The notes beneath the pieces were generated by a model. That model had not been told where the DNA came from. It did no database searches and worked only from the letters and a program-made list of their open reading frames with translations. A program made the position numbers and the translations under genes. A stretch of DNA of 64,000 nt from Gammaproteobacteria bacterium (GTDB lineage: Bacteria; Pseudomonadota; Gammaproteobacteria; Eutrophobiales; Eutrophobiaceae), in NCBI GenBank assembly GCA_965116495.1, contig OZ220696.1, positions 4,256,001-4,320,000 of the forward strand. Direction: 5' to 3'. Shown piece by piece: positions 27,797-37,228 of the stretch (the first letter of the stretch is position 1; every line of letters starts with the position of its first letter).

Positions 27797-27846
27797 GAAA
27801 CAGGATTTCTCGTACACGCTACTTGTGAGTACAAACACTCAGGATT

Positions 27847-27879
27847 AGAATTACCGTATTACTGATTTTCAGTAATTCT
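27847..27879. promoter_or_regulatory. Overlapping inverted repeats upstream of AbrB-type antitoxin (likely operator)
   Basis: AGAATTAC/GTAATTCT and ATTACTGA/TCAGTAAT. Confidence 0.45.
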
Positions 27880-27917
27880 GCTATTATTGGAAATCATTTT
27901 CATTATTGGATTTATTC

Positions 27918-28163
27918 ATGGTAAATACATTAATAGTTTCGGAACGCGGACAAATCACTCTTCCGGCGGCAATCAGAAAGCGATTAGGGCTGAAAGGAGG
28001 AGGTGCACTTATTCTGGAGGAACGTAACAGTGAACTGGTCCTCAAACCTGCCGCGGTGATGGAGATCGAAATATATGACGAAGAACAAATTGCGCAGTGG
28101 AATAAGGATGATCAATTAAGTGGTACCGATCGGAATCAAATTAAAAAATCATTGGAACGATAG
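27918..28163 (+). CDS. AbrB/MazE/SpoVT family antitoxin
   Basis: VSERGQITLPAAIRKRLGLKGG. Confidence 0.88.
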   Translation: MVNTLIVSERGQITLPAAIRKRLGLKGGGALILEERNSELVLKPAAVMEIEIYDEEQIAQWNKDDQLSGTDRNQIKKSLER

Positions 28164-28165
28164 AG

Positions 28166-28597
28166 TTGAAACGGATATTTCTGGATGCGAATGTGTTGTT
28201 TACCGCAACGCATAATCCTCGAGGTAAAGCTGCTTTTATTGTAGAGCTTGGGAGGGAAAATTACTGGACATTATATTCCAGCGTCTATGCAGTTGCCGAA
28301 GCCCGGTATAATTTAGAGATCAAGTTTCCGGAACGATTACCCGGGTTTGAAATCCTGCTTGACAGCATCAAAATCATTAAGCACCAGGAAAAGAAAACCA
28401 GCCTTCCAGGTTTGAATGAGAAAGATCAGCCCATATTTCAGGCGGCGATGGAATGTTCCGCAACACATCTGATTACCGGTGATAAAAAGGATTTTGGGAA
28501 GTTTATGAATAAACCCGGAGAAACATTCAGCATTAATATCCAAACCCCCGGTGACTTTCTCAAGGAAATTAACCTTCCCGCGGATTCACATGAGTAA
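28166..28597 (+). CDS. PIN domain toxin
   Basis: IFLDANVLF, KDQPIFQAA, HLITGDKKDF. Confidence 0.88.
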   Translation: MKRIFLDANVLFTATHNPRGKAAFIVELGRENYWTLYSSVYAVAEARYNLEIKFPERLPGFEILLDSIKIIKHQEKKTSLPGLNEKDQPIFQAAMECSATHLITGDKKDFGKFMNKPGETFSINIQTPGDFLKEINLPADSHE

Positions 28598-28651
28598 GCC
28601 CGCTGAAGCGGCGAAAATCGTAATCTGCTGAAGATGAGGCAATTCAGGAGG

Positions 28652-28701
28652 AAATTTGGGACACCCATAAATTGCGGGTAATTTATGGGTGTCCCAAATT
28701 T
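28652..28701. repeat. REP-like palindrome, copy 3 (perfect 22-bp stem), containing the recQ stop codon
   Basis: AAATTTGGGACACCCATAAATT / AATTTATGGGTGTCCCAAATTT. Confidence 0.85.
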
Positions 28702-30494
28702 TCCTGGTGGGTGCGGATGACGGTGAGGAAGGTATCGCCGTATTTTTCCAGTTTGCTCTGGCCTACGCCGGTGACTTGAAGCAGTTCATCCGGGGTGGCG
28801 GGGAGGGTGTTTGCCATTCCGATGAGGGTGGTATCGTGGAAGATTACGTAGGGGGGCAGGCTTTGTTCGACGGCCAGTTGTTTGCGGCGGGCCTTTAGTT
28901 TTTCCAGCAGGTCGGGATCGGTGGTCTGCACGGGGGTTTTATCGCGTTGTTTGCGGGGTGGTTTTTTGAGCTTGTCGTCTTTGCGCAGGAATACCTGGGT
29001 CTCGCCCTGCAGCAGGGGTTTGCTCTGTTCGGTCAGCAGCAGGGAACCGAAGCCTTTCATATCGACGGTTAAAAAACGGCGTGCGATCAATTGCCGGAAC
29101 ACGGAGCGCCATTGCTGCATGTCCAGTTCCTCGCCGATGCCGAAGGTGCTGAGGCGCTGGTGGTTGAACTTCCTCACCTTGTCGTTTTCCTTTCCCAGCA
29201 GCACGTCGATCAGGTGCCTGGCGCCAAAGCGCTGGCCGCTGCGGTAGACGCAGGACAAGGCCTTGCGCGCGGCAGTCGTGCCGTCCCAGGTCGCGACCGG
29301 ATGCAGGCAGGTATCGCAGTTGTCGCAGCGGGCCGGGGATTCCTCGCCGAAATATTGCAGCAGGACATGGCGGCGGCAACTGGTGATTTCGCACAGGCCC
29401 AGCATGGATTCGAGTTTATAGCGTTCGATGCGTTTATGGTTTTCATCCGCGTCCGATTGCTCCAGCATCAGCCGCAGCTTGACTACGTCTTCCAGGCCGT
29501 AGACCATCCAGGCGTCGGCGGGCGCGCCGTCCCGTCCCGCCCGCCCGGTCTCCTGGTAGTAAGCCTCGATACTCTTCGGCAGGTCCAGGTGGGCGACGAA
29601 ACGCACGTCCGGTTTGTCGATCCCCATGCCGAAGGCAATGGTGGCGACGATGATGATCCCGTCTTCCTGCAGGAAGCGCTGCTGGTGCCGGGCGCGCGTA
29701 CGCGCGTCAAGCCCTGCATGGTAGGGCAGGGCCGTCCTGCCCTGCTTGTCCAGCCAGCCGGCGATGGCCTCGGTTTTTTTGCGGGACAGGCAATAGACGA
29801 TGCCGGCGTCTCCCTCGTGTTCCGTCTCCAGGAACTGCAGCAACTGCCGGCGTTCCTCCAGCTTAGTTGTAATCCGGTACTGAATGTTGGGACGGTTGAA
29901 ACCGCTGATAAATACCTTCGCCTGGTTAAGACCCAGGCGCGCCCGGATCTCGTGGCGGGTCCGTTCATCCGCCGTCGCGGTCAGGGCAATGCGGGGTATC
30001 AACGGGAACCGCTGGTGCAGTTGATCCAGGGCCAGGTAGTCCTTGCGGAAATCATGCCCCCATTGCGAGACGCAGTGAGCCTCGTCGATTGCAAACAGGG
30101 CCACCTGCGTCCGTTCGAGCAACGCCAGGGTGCGCTCCTGTAACAGGCGTTCCGGGGCAATATAGAGCAGGTCCGCGTCATTGTTCAGCAGTGCCTGTTC
30201 CGTTTCCCTGGCTGCCTGCGGCGGCAGGGTCGAATTGAGGTAGGCGGCTTTGATACCAAGTTGCAGCAGGGCGCTGACCTGGTCCTGCATCAGGGCAATG
30301 AGTGGCGAGATGATGATGCCTGTGCCCGGGCGGATCAGCGCCGGGACCTGGTAACACAGTGATTTGCCGCCGCCGGTGGGCATGAGGACCAGTGCATCGT
30401 CCCCGGCGAGCAAGGTGTTGATGATGTCCTGCTGGTCCCCGCGAAAGTTCCGGTAGCCGAACGTATTGCGCAGAATATCCAGTGCCTGTTCCAT
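28683..30494 (-). CDS. recQ: ATP-dependent DNA helicase RecQ
   Basis: [36 protein letters not shown], Zn/RQC and HRDC regions. Confidence 0.97.
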   Translation of the reverse strand: MEQALDILRNTFGYRNFRGDQQDIINTLLAGDDALVLMPTGGGKSLCYQVPALIRPGTGIIISPLIALMQDQVSALLQLGIKAAYLNSTLPPQAARETEQALLNNDADLLYIAPERLLQERTLALLERTQVALFAIDEAHCVSQWGHDFRKDYLALDQLHQRFPLIPRIALTATADERTRHEIRARLGLNQAKVFISGFNRPNIQYRITTKLEERRQLLQFLETEHEGDAGIVYCLSRKKTEAIAGWLDKQGRTALPYHAGLDARTRARHQQRFLQEDGIIIVATIAFGMGIDKPDVRFVAHLDLPKSIEAYYQETGRAGRDGAPADAWMVYGLEDVVKLRLMLEQSDADENHKRIERYKLESMLGLCEITSCRRHVLLQYFGEESPARCDNCDTCLHPVATWDGTTAARKALSCVYRSGQRFGARHLIDVLLGKENDKVRKFNHQRLSTFGIGEELDMQQWRSVFRQLIARRFLTVDMKGFGSLLLTEQSKPLLQGETQVFLRKDDKLKKPPRKQRDKTPVQTTDPDLLEKLKARRKQLAVEQSLPPYVIFHDTTLIGMANTLPATPDELLQVTGVGQSKLEKYGDTFLTVIRTHQENLGHP

Positions 30495-30590
30495 GTGTTG
30501 TTTCTCCTGTTAACCCTGTACGGCGGATACGGTCCCCGCCCATTACATTATGACGGAAACCCTTCCGGACAGAAGTTTATGCCTGCACTG

Positions 30591-30887
30591 TCAATCTTTC
30601 AATATTTCCCGCGGGAATTTATCGGCAAACTCACCGTCATCCACGCGCAGGGCCGGTTCCACCATGATTTTCCCGTTGACCGCGCACCAGGGTCGTATAT
30701 AGCGGAATACGTCCTCCGAGCTGTCCGCCTCAAAGGCGGCAATGCCCCAGTGGGATGCGGCCTGTCCTTCAAAGATTACCTTCACGCCAGCAGCGCTTTC
30801 CCCCTTGTGCTCCGAATGTCTCAACGTGCCCTTCGTTACCGCGTTAATCTCTTCCGGCATGATTTCAAAATAACAGATAAATAACAT
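30591..30887 (-). CDS. Small hypothetical protein (DUF3303-like ferredoxin fold)
   Basis: AGGAG RBS; MLFICYFEI...GIAAFEADS..V...IRPW...VEPAL. Confidence 0.6.
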   Translation of the reverse strand: MLFICYFEIMPEEINAVTKGTLRHSEHKGESAAGVKVIFEGQAASHWGIAAFEADSSEDVFRYIRPWCAVNGKIMVEPALRVDDGEFADKFPREILKD

Positions 30888-30956
30888 GTCAGTGCTCCTG
30901 GTTGTCTTGAAACGGGTCGGGAGGCGCAGGCGCGGCACTTCGCGGATCCGCCACCT

Positions 30957-31961
30957 TTACAGCCGCCATCGGCCTATTTCCTTTGCTTCGATAATGATCG
31001 GGTTCACCAGTGTCCCCAGACCGTCTATGCTGACTTCCACCGGGCCTTCGACAGTCTGGAAATCGGCATGATGGATGGATTTGCGGCCAGCCGAAGGCTT
31101 GAAGGCAGTGCCGCAGGAGATGATATCGCCCGGGTGAAGCGTATGGAACTGGCTGATGAAACTGATGATTTCCGCGACCTTGTAATTATAGTATCTGGTA
31201 TTATCTTCAGCGATTAACTCATCCCCTGTCCTGCAGGAGACATTCAATTCATCCGGGTTCTCTATCTCATCCCCGGTTACCAGCCAGGGGCCTGAACACC
31301 CGAACGTATCGCAACCCTTGTAGCGCCCGGCGTAGGACAGGTGTTGCCTGACCCGTTCCGTCTCATCCGGGTTATCCTTTTTTGCGTACACCGCCCAGTA
31401 TTCGAACAGGTCTTCGGCGCGCATGTCGTTGCCGGTAATATCATTGAAGATACTGTAACCGAACACGGCATCCAGCGCCGCGGTGGCGGGAATATCCCGT
31501 GTCTCCGTACCGATGATAACCGCCAGTTCCGGCTCCGGGTGCACGCTGCCGTAATAGGGACGGATGCGTATGGGCTGTTGGTGCCCTGCCAGGCAGGAGG
31601 CGGGTTTCAGGAAAAACGCCGGGTGTGCCGGCGCGGAGATTTTTCTCTCGTTGCTCGCCGAGTTGTTCATGGCGACGCCGCAGATTTTACCCGGAGACGG
31701 GACAGGTGGACGCCAGCTTACCTGTTCCATCGCGATAATATGCTCCTGGTATCGTTCTTCGGCAAGCATGTTCAGGGCGACGCTGATTTTTTTCACCAGT
31801 TGCTCCCCGCCCCGGATCAGGTCCTGCATCGAAGTCACCGCCAACCCCTTGAATTGAAAAGGCGATACCGAGAGCAGGCCGTTAACCTCCACCAGCCTGT
31901 CCTCGTCAAGACGGACCACGATCCGGTCCTCCCCGCCATGAATGACAGTGGCAAGCTTCAT
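30957..31961 (-). CDS. Fumarylacetoacetate hydrolase family protein
   Basis: FFLKP, EPELAVIIG, GYSIFNDIT, TLHPGDIISCGT. Confidence 0.9.
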   Translation of the reverse strand: MKLATVIHGGEDRIVVRLDEDRLVEVNGLLSVSPFQFKGLAVTSMQDLIRGGEQLVKKISVALNMLAEERYQEHIIAMEQVSWRPPVPSPGKICGVAMNNSASNERKISAPAHPAFFLKPASCLAGHQQPIRIRPYYGSVHPEPELAVIIGTETRDIPATAALDAVFGYSIFNDITGNDMRAEDLFEYWAVYAKKDNPDETERVRQHLSYAGRYKGCDTFGCSGPWLVTGDEIENPDELNVSCRTGDELIAEDNTRYYNYKVAEIISFISQFHTLHPGDIISCGTAFKPSAGRKSIHHADFQTVEGPVEVSIDGLGTLVNPIIIEAKEIGRWRL

Positions 31962-31965
31962 GGCT

Positions 31966-33243
31966 TCACGGGTTCCGGTATACGCCGGACCGGCGGTCGG
32001 GATAAGGACCCAGCAGGGCTATCAGGATAGTTCCGATAACGACGATACCGGCCACCACCCACAGTGCGCCGATGTAATTACCGGCCCTGTCGTAGTACAG
32101 TCCCATCAGCGGCGCGCCGACCATCGATCCCAGTTGAAACGCCGCAAACATGACACCGTAGATGAGGCCGAACGCGCGCGGGCCGAAGTAGCGGCTGCAG
32201 ATATAGGCTATTTCACTGATCTCCGACCCTGTAGCCATGCCCACGCAGACGGCGGCGACAAACACCAGTACGCCGGCCGTCCCCGTAGCCAGGATGACGA
32301 TGCCTGCCAGCAGGCCCAGCAGGAAACAGGCGGCAACGTAAGGCGCAAAGAAATAATCCATCAGGAATCCCGCCAGGACGCGCCCGGCAATGAGACCCAG
32401 GGCAAGGGCGCTCATACACAGGGCGGCGCTTGCCGGCGCCACGCCGCGGTCCATCAGCATGGGGACCAGGTGGGCGAGAACGCTGGTGATGCCGATGCCC
32501 ACCAGCAGGAACGAGACCAGGATCAGCCAGAAACTGTGGGTTCTCGCGGCCTGCGGGCATGACAGCCCCGGAACCTCAACGTCAACAGGGACAGGGTCAT
32601 CGTCCGCGCTGCTGTGTTCCGGCGGGTCCCCATCCGGCTCAAGTCCCGTTTCTGCCGGACTTTCCTTCAGGACGAATACTGCCATGGGCAATGCCAGGGC
32701 GAAAATGGCCGCGGCGAACCCGGCGTAAGCCATGCGCCAGCCGTGCTCCTCGATCATCATTTGTGCGAACACGGGCACCAGCATCGCGCCGACGCCGAAC
32801 CCGGCAAGGGAGATGCCCAGGGCGATGCCGCGGCGCCGGGAGAACCAGGCGATCAGGACGCGTGAATAACTCTGGGGCAGGGTGCCTGCGCCCAGCAACG
32901 GGATCAGGAAATACAGCAGGTAGAAATGCCACAGGTTGGCGCTGAGCAGGGTCATGGAGGCAACCGTCAGACCCATCAGGATGACGGACGGGATCAATAC
33001 CCGCCGGACACCGAATTTATCGATAATGAGGCCGAGGCAGGGAGAGGCGACGACCACGGCGAAATTGGTCATCGTTACGGCAAAGGATAATTCACCCCGG
33101 GTCCAGCCGAACTCATCCTGCAGGGGTTTAACGAAGACGCCGAAAGCGAATATCGTGAACATCGCATAGCTCAGGCCCATACCGACAAAACCGGTGGCGA
33201 CGTTCCACCAGCCGTAGAAGATCCCGGGTGGTTTGTGACTCAC
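31966..33243 (-). CDS. MFS transporter (OFA/MCT-like)
   Basis: About 12 TM segments; GLIIDKFGVRR and WFSRRRGIALG. Confidence 0.9.
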   Translation of the reverse strand: MSHKPPGIFYGWWNVATGFVGMGLSYAMFTIFAFGVFVKPLQDEFGWTRGELSFAVTMTNFAVVVASPCLGLIIDKFGVRRVLIPSVILMGLTVASMTLLSANLWHFYLLYFLIPLLGAGTLPQSYSRVLIAWFSRRRGIALGISLAGFGVGAMLVPVFAQMMIEEHGWRMAYAGFAAAIFALALPMAVFVLKESPAETGLEPDGDPPEHSSADDDPVPVDVEVPGLSCPQAARTHSFWLILVSFLLVGIGITSVLAHLVPMLMDRGVAPASAALCMSALALGLIAGRVLAGFLMDYFFAPYVAACFLLGLLAGIVILATGTAGVLVFVAAVCVGMATGSEISEIAYICSRYFGPRAFGLIYGVMFAAFQLGSMVGAPLMGLYYDRAGNYIGALWVVAGIVVIGTILIALLGPYPDRRSGVYRNP

Positions 33244-33268
33244 AGGTCCTGTTGTTCAGGGATATAGA

Positions 33269-34183
33269 CTATAACTGTACTTCGTCAGCGAGGATATAAC
33301 CCGGATTTGCCGTGTCTTCCAGCGACCAGCCGCCCATCAGGTAATGATGCACGATGCGTATGGCCGTCAGGCCGACGTGTTCGGCGAAACCGTCCAGGTC
33401 GCCGAACCGGTCTTTCAGTTTGTTCATGACATAACCCTGCATGGGGTCATAAGCCCAGATGGGAACGAATTCCACGAAAGCCTGCTGGCAGGCTTCCTGC
33501 ACTGCCTCTATGTAATCGCAGCCCTTGATAAAGCCCGCCCGGTCGGTAACCCCGTACCGCCCGGGAACAAATGTCTCCCAGTCCAGCTCCAGGAAGCCGC
33601 GCATGAACCTGACGAAGTTGGCCAGGTGGATATCCGGCAGCAGGCCGTAGCGGGCATTGGCGAAGATGGTGTCGGACGAGAACAACAGTTTTTCATCGGC
33701 GAACCAGGCAGCCAGGTTGCCGGAACCGTGGGTGGGCCCCGGGTTTAACAAGACCAGGTCTGTGCCGTCCGCCGTTATCCTGTTTTCCGCACCGGAAATA
33801 ATCCGGGTGGGTTGGCGCTGCCCTTCTGCCTGACGCAGTTTGATGACCCTGGCGCACATCTCATCGGCGATGATTTCCGCGCCCGGCGCCAGGTCGGCGG
33901 CAAAGCCGGCATGGTCCAGGTGGTCGTGGGAATAGATGATCGTGCTGATTTCCTTGCCGGGGATGGCCCGGTTGACGGCGCGCCCGTAGGCGCGCGCCCT
34001 GCCGGGTGTGCCGAAGGTGTCGAAGGCGACTATGCCGTCCCGGCCATCGAGAAAAATGGTCCGGACTACCCCGTCGCTGATCGTCCACAGGCGCTCCGAT
34101 AACTGCTCAACCGACATTTCCGGTTCGAAGGCCAGGTATGCCTGGGCCTTGTCCGAAGTAAATAACCCCCTGTTCTCAGTCAT
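33269..34183 (-). CDS. MBL-fold metallo-hydrolase
   Basis: YSHDHLDH and GPTHG; the third His site reads VPGRY instead of PGH. Confidence 0.85.
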   Translation of the reverse strand: MTENRGLFTSDKAQAYLAFEPEMSVEQLSERLWTISDGVVRTIFLDGRDGIVAFDTFGTPGRARAYGRAVNRAIPGKEISTIIYSHDHLDHAGFAADLAPGAEIIADEMCARVIKLRQAEGQRQPTRIISGAENRITADGTDLVLLNPGPTHGSGNLAAWFADEKLLFSSDTIFANARYGLLPDIHLANFVRFMRGFLELDWETFVPGRYGVTDRAGFIKGCDYIEAVQEACQQAFVEFVPIWAYDPMQGYVMNKLKDRFGDLDGFAEHVGLTAIRIVHHYLMGGWSLEDTANPGYILADEVQL

Positions 34184-34193
34184 GTTCTTCCGG

Positions 34194-35135
34194 CTAGAAT
34201 GGGGTGGTTTCCGGCTCGAAATTACCTTCAATACCCCAGCCGCCGGTCAGGTATTCCTGCATGTACCTGGACAGGTTCATGGCGCAGTATTCATGGTAAC
34301 GGAACAGGTTGCCGAACGACCCCGACAGTTTTTCCCCGGTGTAGCGGCACACGCCGTCCCAGTCGTGGGGGTCAAGCCCGTCGATAATGGCCTGCTGGGC
34401 AAATCCGGCCATCAGGTCGTAGTATTCAAGGTTATCCATGAAGCCCTGCCGGTCCATGATCCAGAAATGGCCGGGGACGAACACGTCCCAGTCAAGACTC
34501 AGGAAACGCTTCATGCAGGGGACATAGGGTTTGAAATGCCAGTCAGGGAAGAACGTGTAACCGACCCCGGGGATTACGGTATCCACCATGAACAGGACCT
34601 TGCTCTGCGGAAACCAGGCCGCGATATTGCCGTCACCGTGGGTCGGGCCGGGATAGAGCAACTCGAAATAGACGCCGTCGATCTCATAGGCTTTGCGCTC
34701 GCCGTCCCAGGCTTCCGTTACCGGGGTCTGGCCGTCGGATTTTCTTGCCGCGACCACCTCGGCGCACAATTTATGGGCAATGATGTCCGCGTCCGGCGCC
34801 AGGTCCGCGGCATAACCGGCATGGTCGAGGTGATCGTGGGAGTAGACGACGGTGTGAACGGGTTTTTGGGGAAATACCCGGCCGATGGCCCCGGCGTAGG
34901 CTCGGGCGGTGCCGGGCGTGGTCAGGGTGTCGAAGGCGATGACGCCCTTGTTTCCTTCCAGGAATATGGAGCGGTAAATGCCTTCGCTGACGGACCAGAT
35001 TTTATCGCGTACGGGGCTGTAGGAAATATCCCGCCAGGCCCCCATGATGGGGTGGGGCGCCGGGATGGTAAATATACCGCAATGGTCACATTCGGGGTGG
35101 CCTGCGTCATTAGTGCCGTTTTCCTCTTCGCTCAC
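34194..35135 (-). CDS. MBL-fold metallo-hydrolase (paralog of the adjacent gene)
   Basis: YSHDHLDH, GPTHGDG, VPGH. Probable GTG start 1 nt after the rpsI stop. Confidence 0.85.
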   Translation of the reverse strand: MSEEENGTNDAGHPECDHCGIFTIPAPHPIMGAWRDISYSPVRDKIWSVSEGIYRSIFLEGNKGVIAFDTLTTPGTARAYAGAIGRVFPQKPVHTVVYSHDHLDHAGYAADLAPDADIIAHKLCAEVVAARKSDGQTPVTEAWDGERKAYEIDGVYFELLYPGPTHGDGNIAAWFPQSKVLFMVDTVIPGVGYTFFPDWHFKPYVPCMKRFLSLDWDVFVPGHFWIMDRQGFMDNLEYYDLMAGFAQQAIIDGLDPHDWDGVCRYTGEKLSGSFGNLFRYHEYCAMNLSRYMQEYLTGGWGIEGNFEPETTPF

Positions 35136-35136
35136 G

Positions 35137-35529
35137 TTATCGTTTGCTGTATTGCGGCCGTTTCCTGGCTTTGTGCAGGCCGACCTTTTTACGTTCCACT
35201 TCGCGGGCATCGCGGGTGACAAAGCCGGCCTGGCGCAGTGTCTTGCGCAGGCTTTCGTCGTATTTCATCAGTGCTCGGGTGATCCCATGACGAATTGCGC
35301 CGGCCTGGCCGGAGATTCCACCGCCGCTGACGCTGACGCTGATGTCGAAATTTTTCAACATGTCGAGCCTTTCCAGGGGTTGCTGAACGATCATCCTGCC
35401 GGTTTCCCTGCCGAAATATTGTTCCATGGTGCGGTTATTGATGACGATATTGCCGCCACCTTTCTTTAAAAACACCCGCGCGCTGGAGCTCTTCCTGCGG
35501 CCGGTACTGTAATAAATCTCGTCTGCCAT
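35137..35529 (-). CDS. rpsI: 30S ribosomal protein S9
   Basis: [39 protein letters not shown]. Confidence 0.99.
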   Translation of the reverse strand: MADEIYYSTGRRKSSSARVFLKKGGGNIVINNRTMEQYFGRETGRMIVQQPLERLDMLKNFDISVSVSGGGISGQAGAIRHGITRALMKYDESLRKTLRQAGFVTRDAREVERKKVGLHKARKRPQYSKR

Positions 35530-35559
35530 GATTATATGTCTGAAGGTTGATGAGTCTTG

Positions 35560-35988
35560 TTATAGTTCCAGTGGTTTCGGCTGTTGCGCGGCATGGCGAT
35601 GATTGGCATCGGCATAAACCCGCAATTTGCGGAACAGGTCCCGCCCCAGGGGGCCTTTCGGCAGCATTCCCTTGACCGCTTTTTCGATCACCCGTTCCGG
35701 TTTGGACCGGATCAGTTTCTCGAAGGTGGTTGATTTGATGCCGCCTGGATAACCGGTATGGCGATAATAGGTCTTGTCGCTGGCCTTGTTGCCGGTTACC
35801 TGGACGTCTTTTGCGTTGATCACGATCACGTAATCGCCGGTGTCCATGTGCGGCGTATATTCCGGTTTGTGTTTCCCGCGCAGCCGCCGCGCAATCCCGG
35901 TGGCAAGCCTGCCCAGGACTTTACCCCTGGCGTCGACTATATACCAGTCATGTTTACTATCTGCCGGCGTTGCCGTGTAGGTTTTCAT
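35560..35988 (-). CDS. rplM: 50S ribosomal protein L13
   Basis: [35 protein letters not shown]. Confidence 0.99.
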   Translation of the reverse strand: MKTYTATPADSKHDWYIVDARGKVLGRLATGIARRLRGKHKPEYTPHMDTGDYVIVINAKDVQVTGNKASDKTYYRHTGYPGGIKSTTFEKLIRSKPERVIEKAVKGMLPKGPLGRDLFRKLRVYADANHRHAAQQPKPLEL

Positions 35989-36073
35989 CGAACTTCACTG
36001 AACCGTAATAAAAGCGCCGATCATACGGATTGTCCCGTTTGCTGTCAATGTTATTCTCACAATTCAGCACCAC

Positions 36074-36150
36074 AATTCAGGACACCCACAAATTCAATTT
36101 ATGGGTGTCCTGAATTTGCGAATTGAATTTATGGGTGTCCTGAATTTGCG
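36074..36150. repeat. REP-like palindrome, copy 4, with duplicated right arm
   Basis: AATTCAGGACACCCACAAATT followed by two copies of AATTTATGGGTGTCCTGAATTTGCG. Confidence 0.8.
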
Positions 36151-36232
36151 TTAAATATCATCGCAGGTGTATATGAAGCGCCCCAACTGTTATAGAATGT
36201 GCGTCTTTCAGCAGGTTTGATGAATATTCGAT

Positions 36233-36868
36233 ATGAATAAACGTGCGTACAGTCTTCTGGATGAGCTGATCATCGGGTTCGACAAGGCCCTGGCCGGGTT
36301 TAAATCCGGCGACGCGCGCCCACATCCGACCGTTGACGAAGCTGATGCCCGGATACAGGGCGCTGACAAGCGTCGCAGCGCCGCGCTGATGCGGGTCAAT
36401 CACGCCGGGGAAGTGGCGGCCCAGGCCCTGTATGCCGGTCATGCCGTCGCCGCGAGGGATGCCGGAATACGCGCTTCCATGCTTGAGGCTGCCGCCGAGG
36501 AAAGCGATCACCTGAACTGGTGCGAGACCCGGGTCAGGGAACTCGGCAGCCATGTCAGTTACCTGACACCGGTCTGGTATGCCGGGTCGTTTGCCATAGG
36601 GGTCGCGGCCGGGTTGTCGGGTGATAAATGGAACCTGGGTTTCGTGATGGAAACGGAGCTCCAGGTGGTCGAACACCTGGATAAGCACCTGGCGCTGTTG
36701 CCGGAGCAGGATCATAAAAGCAGAAAAATATTGCAACAGATGCGCCGCGATGAGCAGCAGCATGCATCCGTAGCCCAGGCCGCCGGTGCAGTTGAGTTGC
36801 CGCGACCGCTGAGAATAATGATGCGCTGTTGTGCAAAAGTGATGACGGGCAGCGCATACTGGCTGTGA
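36233..36868 (+). CDS. coq7: Demethoxyubiquinone hydroxylase (di-iron)
   Basis: LMRVNHAGEVAAQALY, EESDHL, ETELQVVEHL, DEQQH. Confidence 0.95.
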   Translation: MNKRAYSLLDELIIGFDKALAGFKSGDARPHPTVDEADARIQGADKRRSAALMRVNHAGEVAAQALYAGHAVAARDAGIRASMLEAAAEESDHLNWCETRVRELGSHVSYLTPVWYAGSFAIGVAAGLSGDKWNLGFVMETELQVVEHLDKHLALLPEQDHKSRKILQQMRRDEQQHASVAQAAGAVELPRPLRIMMRCCAKVMTGSAYWL

Positions 36869-36909
36869 CGGGTCAGGGAACTTTTACGATTAGTGCTCTC
36901 TAATAAGTA

Positions 36910-37127
36910 ACTAAATAACTGTTCCTAACCCTCGGACACTTTCAAGGCTAAACAGAGATGATATTCAATTCCAGAGGCAGGCCCTCTCGTCATACCGGCG
37001 GATGCCAGTATCCAGAGAGCTTATATGAACGAACAGCTTTATTGGATGCTGGCATTCGCCAGCATGACGGATTGTTGTTATTTTACTCATATCGGAACTG
37101 TAGCAGGGTTAGGAACAGTTATTTAGT
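36910..37127. mobile_element. MITE-like element with perfect 23-bp terminal inverted repeats and an internal CGTCAT-type REP doublet (36988-37069)
   Basis: ACTAAATAACTGTTCCTAACCCT (36910-36932) / AGGGTTAGGAACAGTTATTTAGT (37105-37127). Confidence 0.75.
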
Positions 37128-37228
37128 GTAAGTTGAGCAGCCGCCGTTCCTGCGGATCATGCCGTGTAACAAGGCTGACAAGATAACTATCAATACAATA
37201 TGGGTGAATTCCCATGGGTGACTATTTT

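Noticed and set aside
33269-35135. Metallo-beta-lactamase resistance genes
   Set aside because: No signal peptides and a catabolic context; only the generic HxHxDH fold motif is present.
22951-36150. CRISPR array from the GGACACCCAT or heptamer repeats
   Set aside because: The repeats are dispersed palindromes or spacerless tandems, and there are no cas genes.
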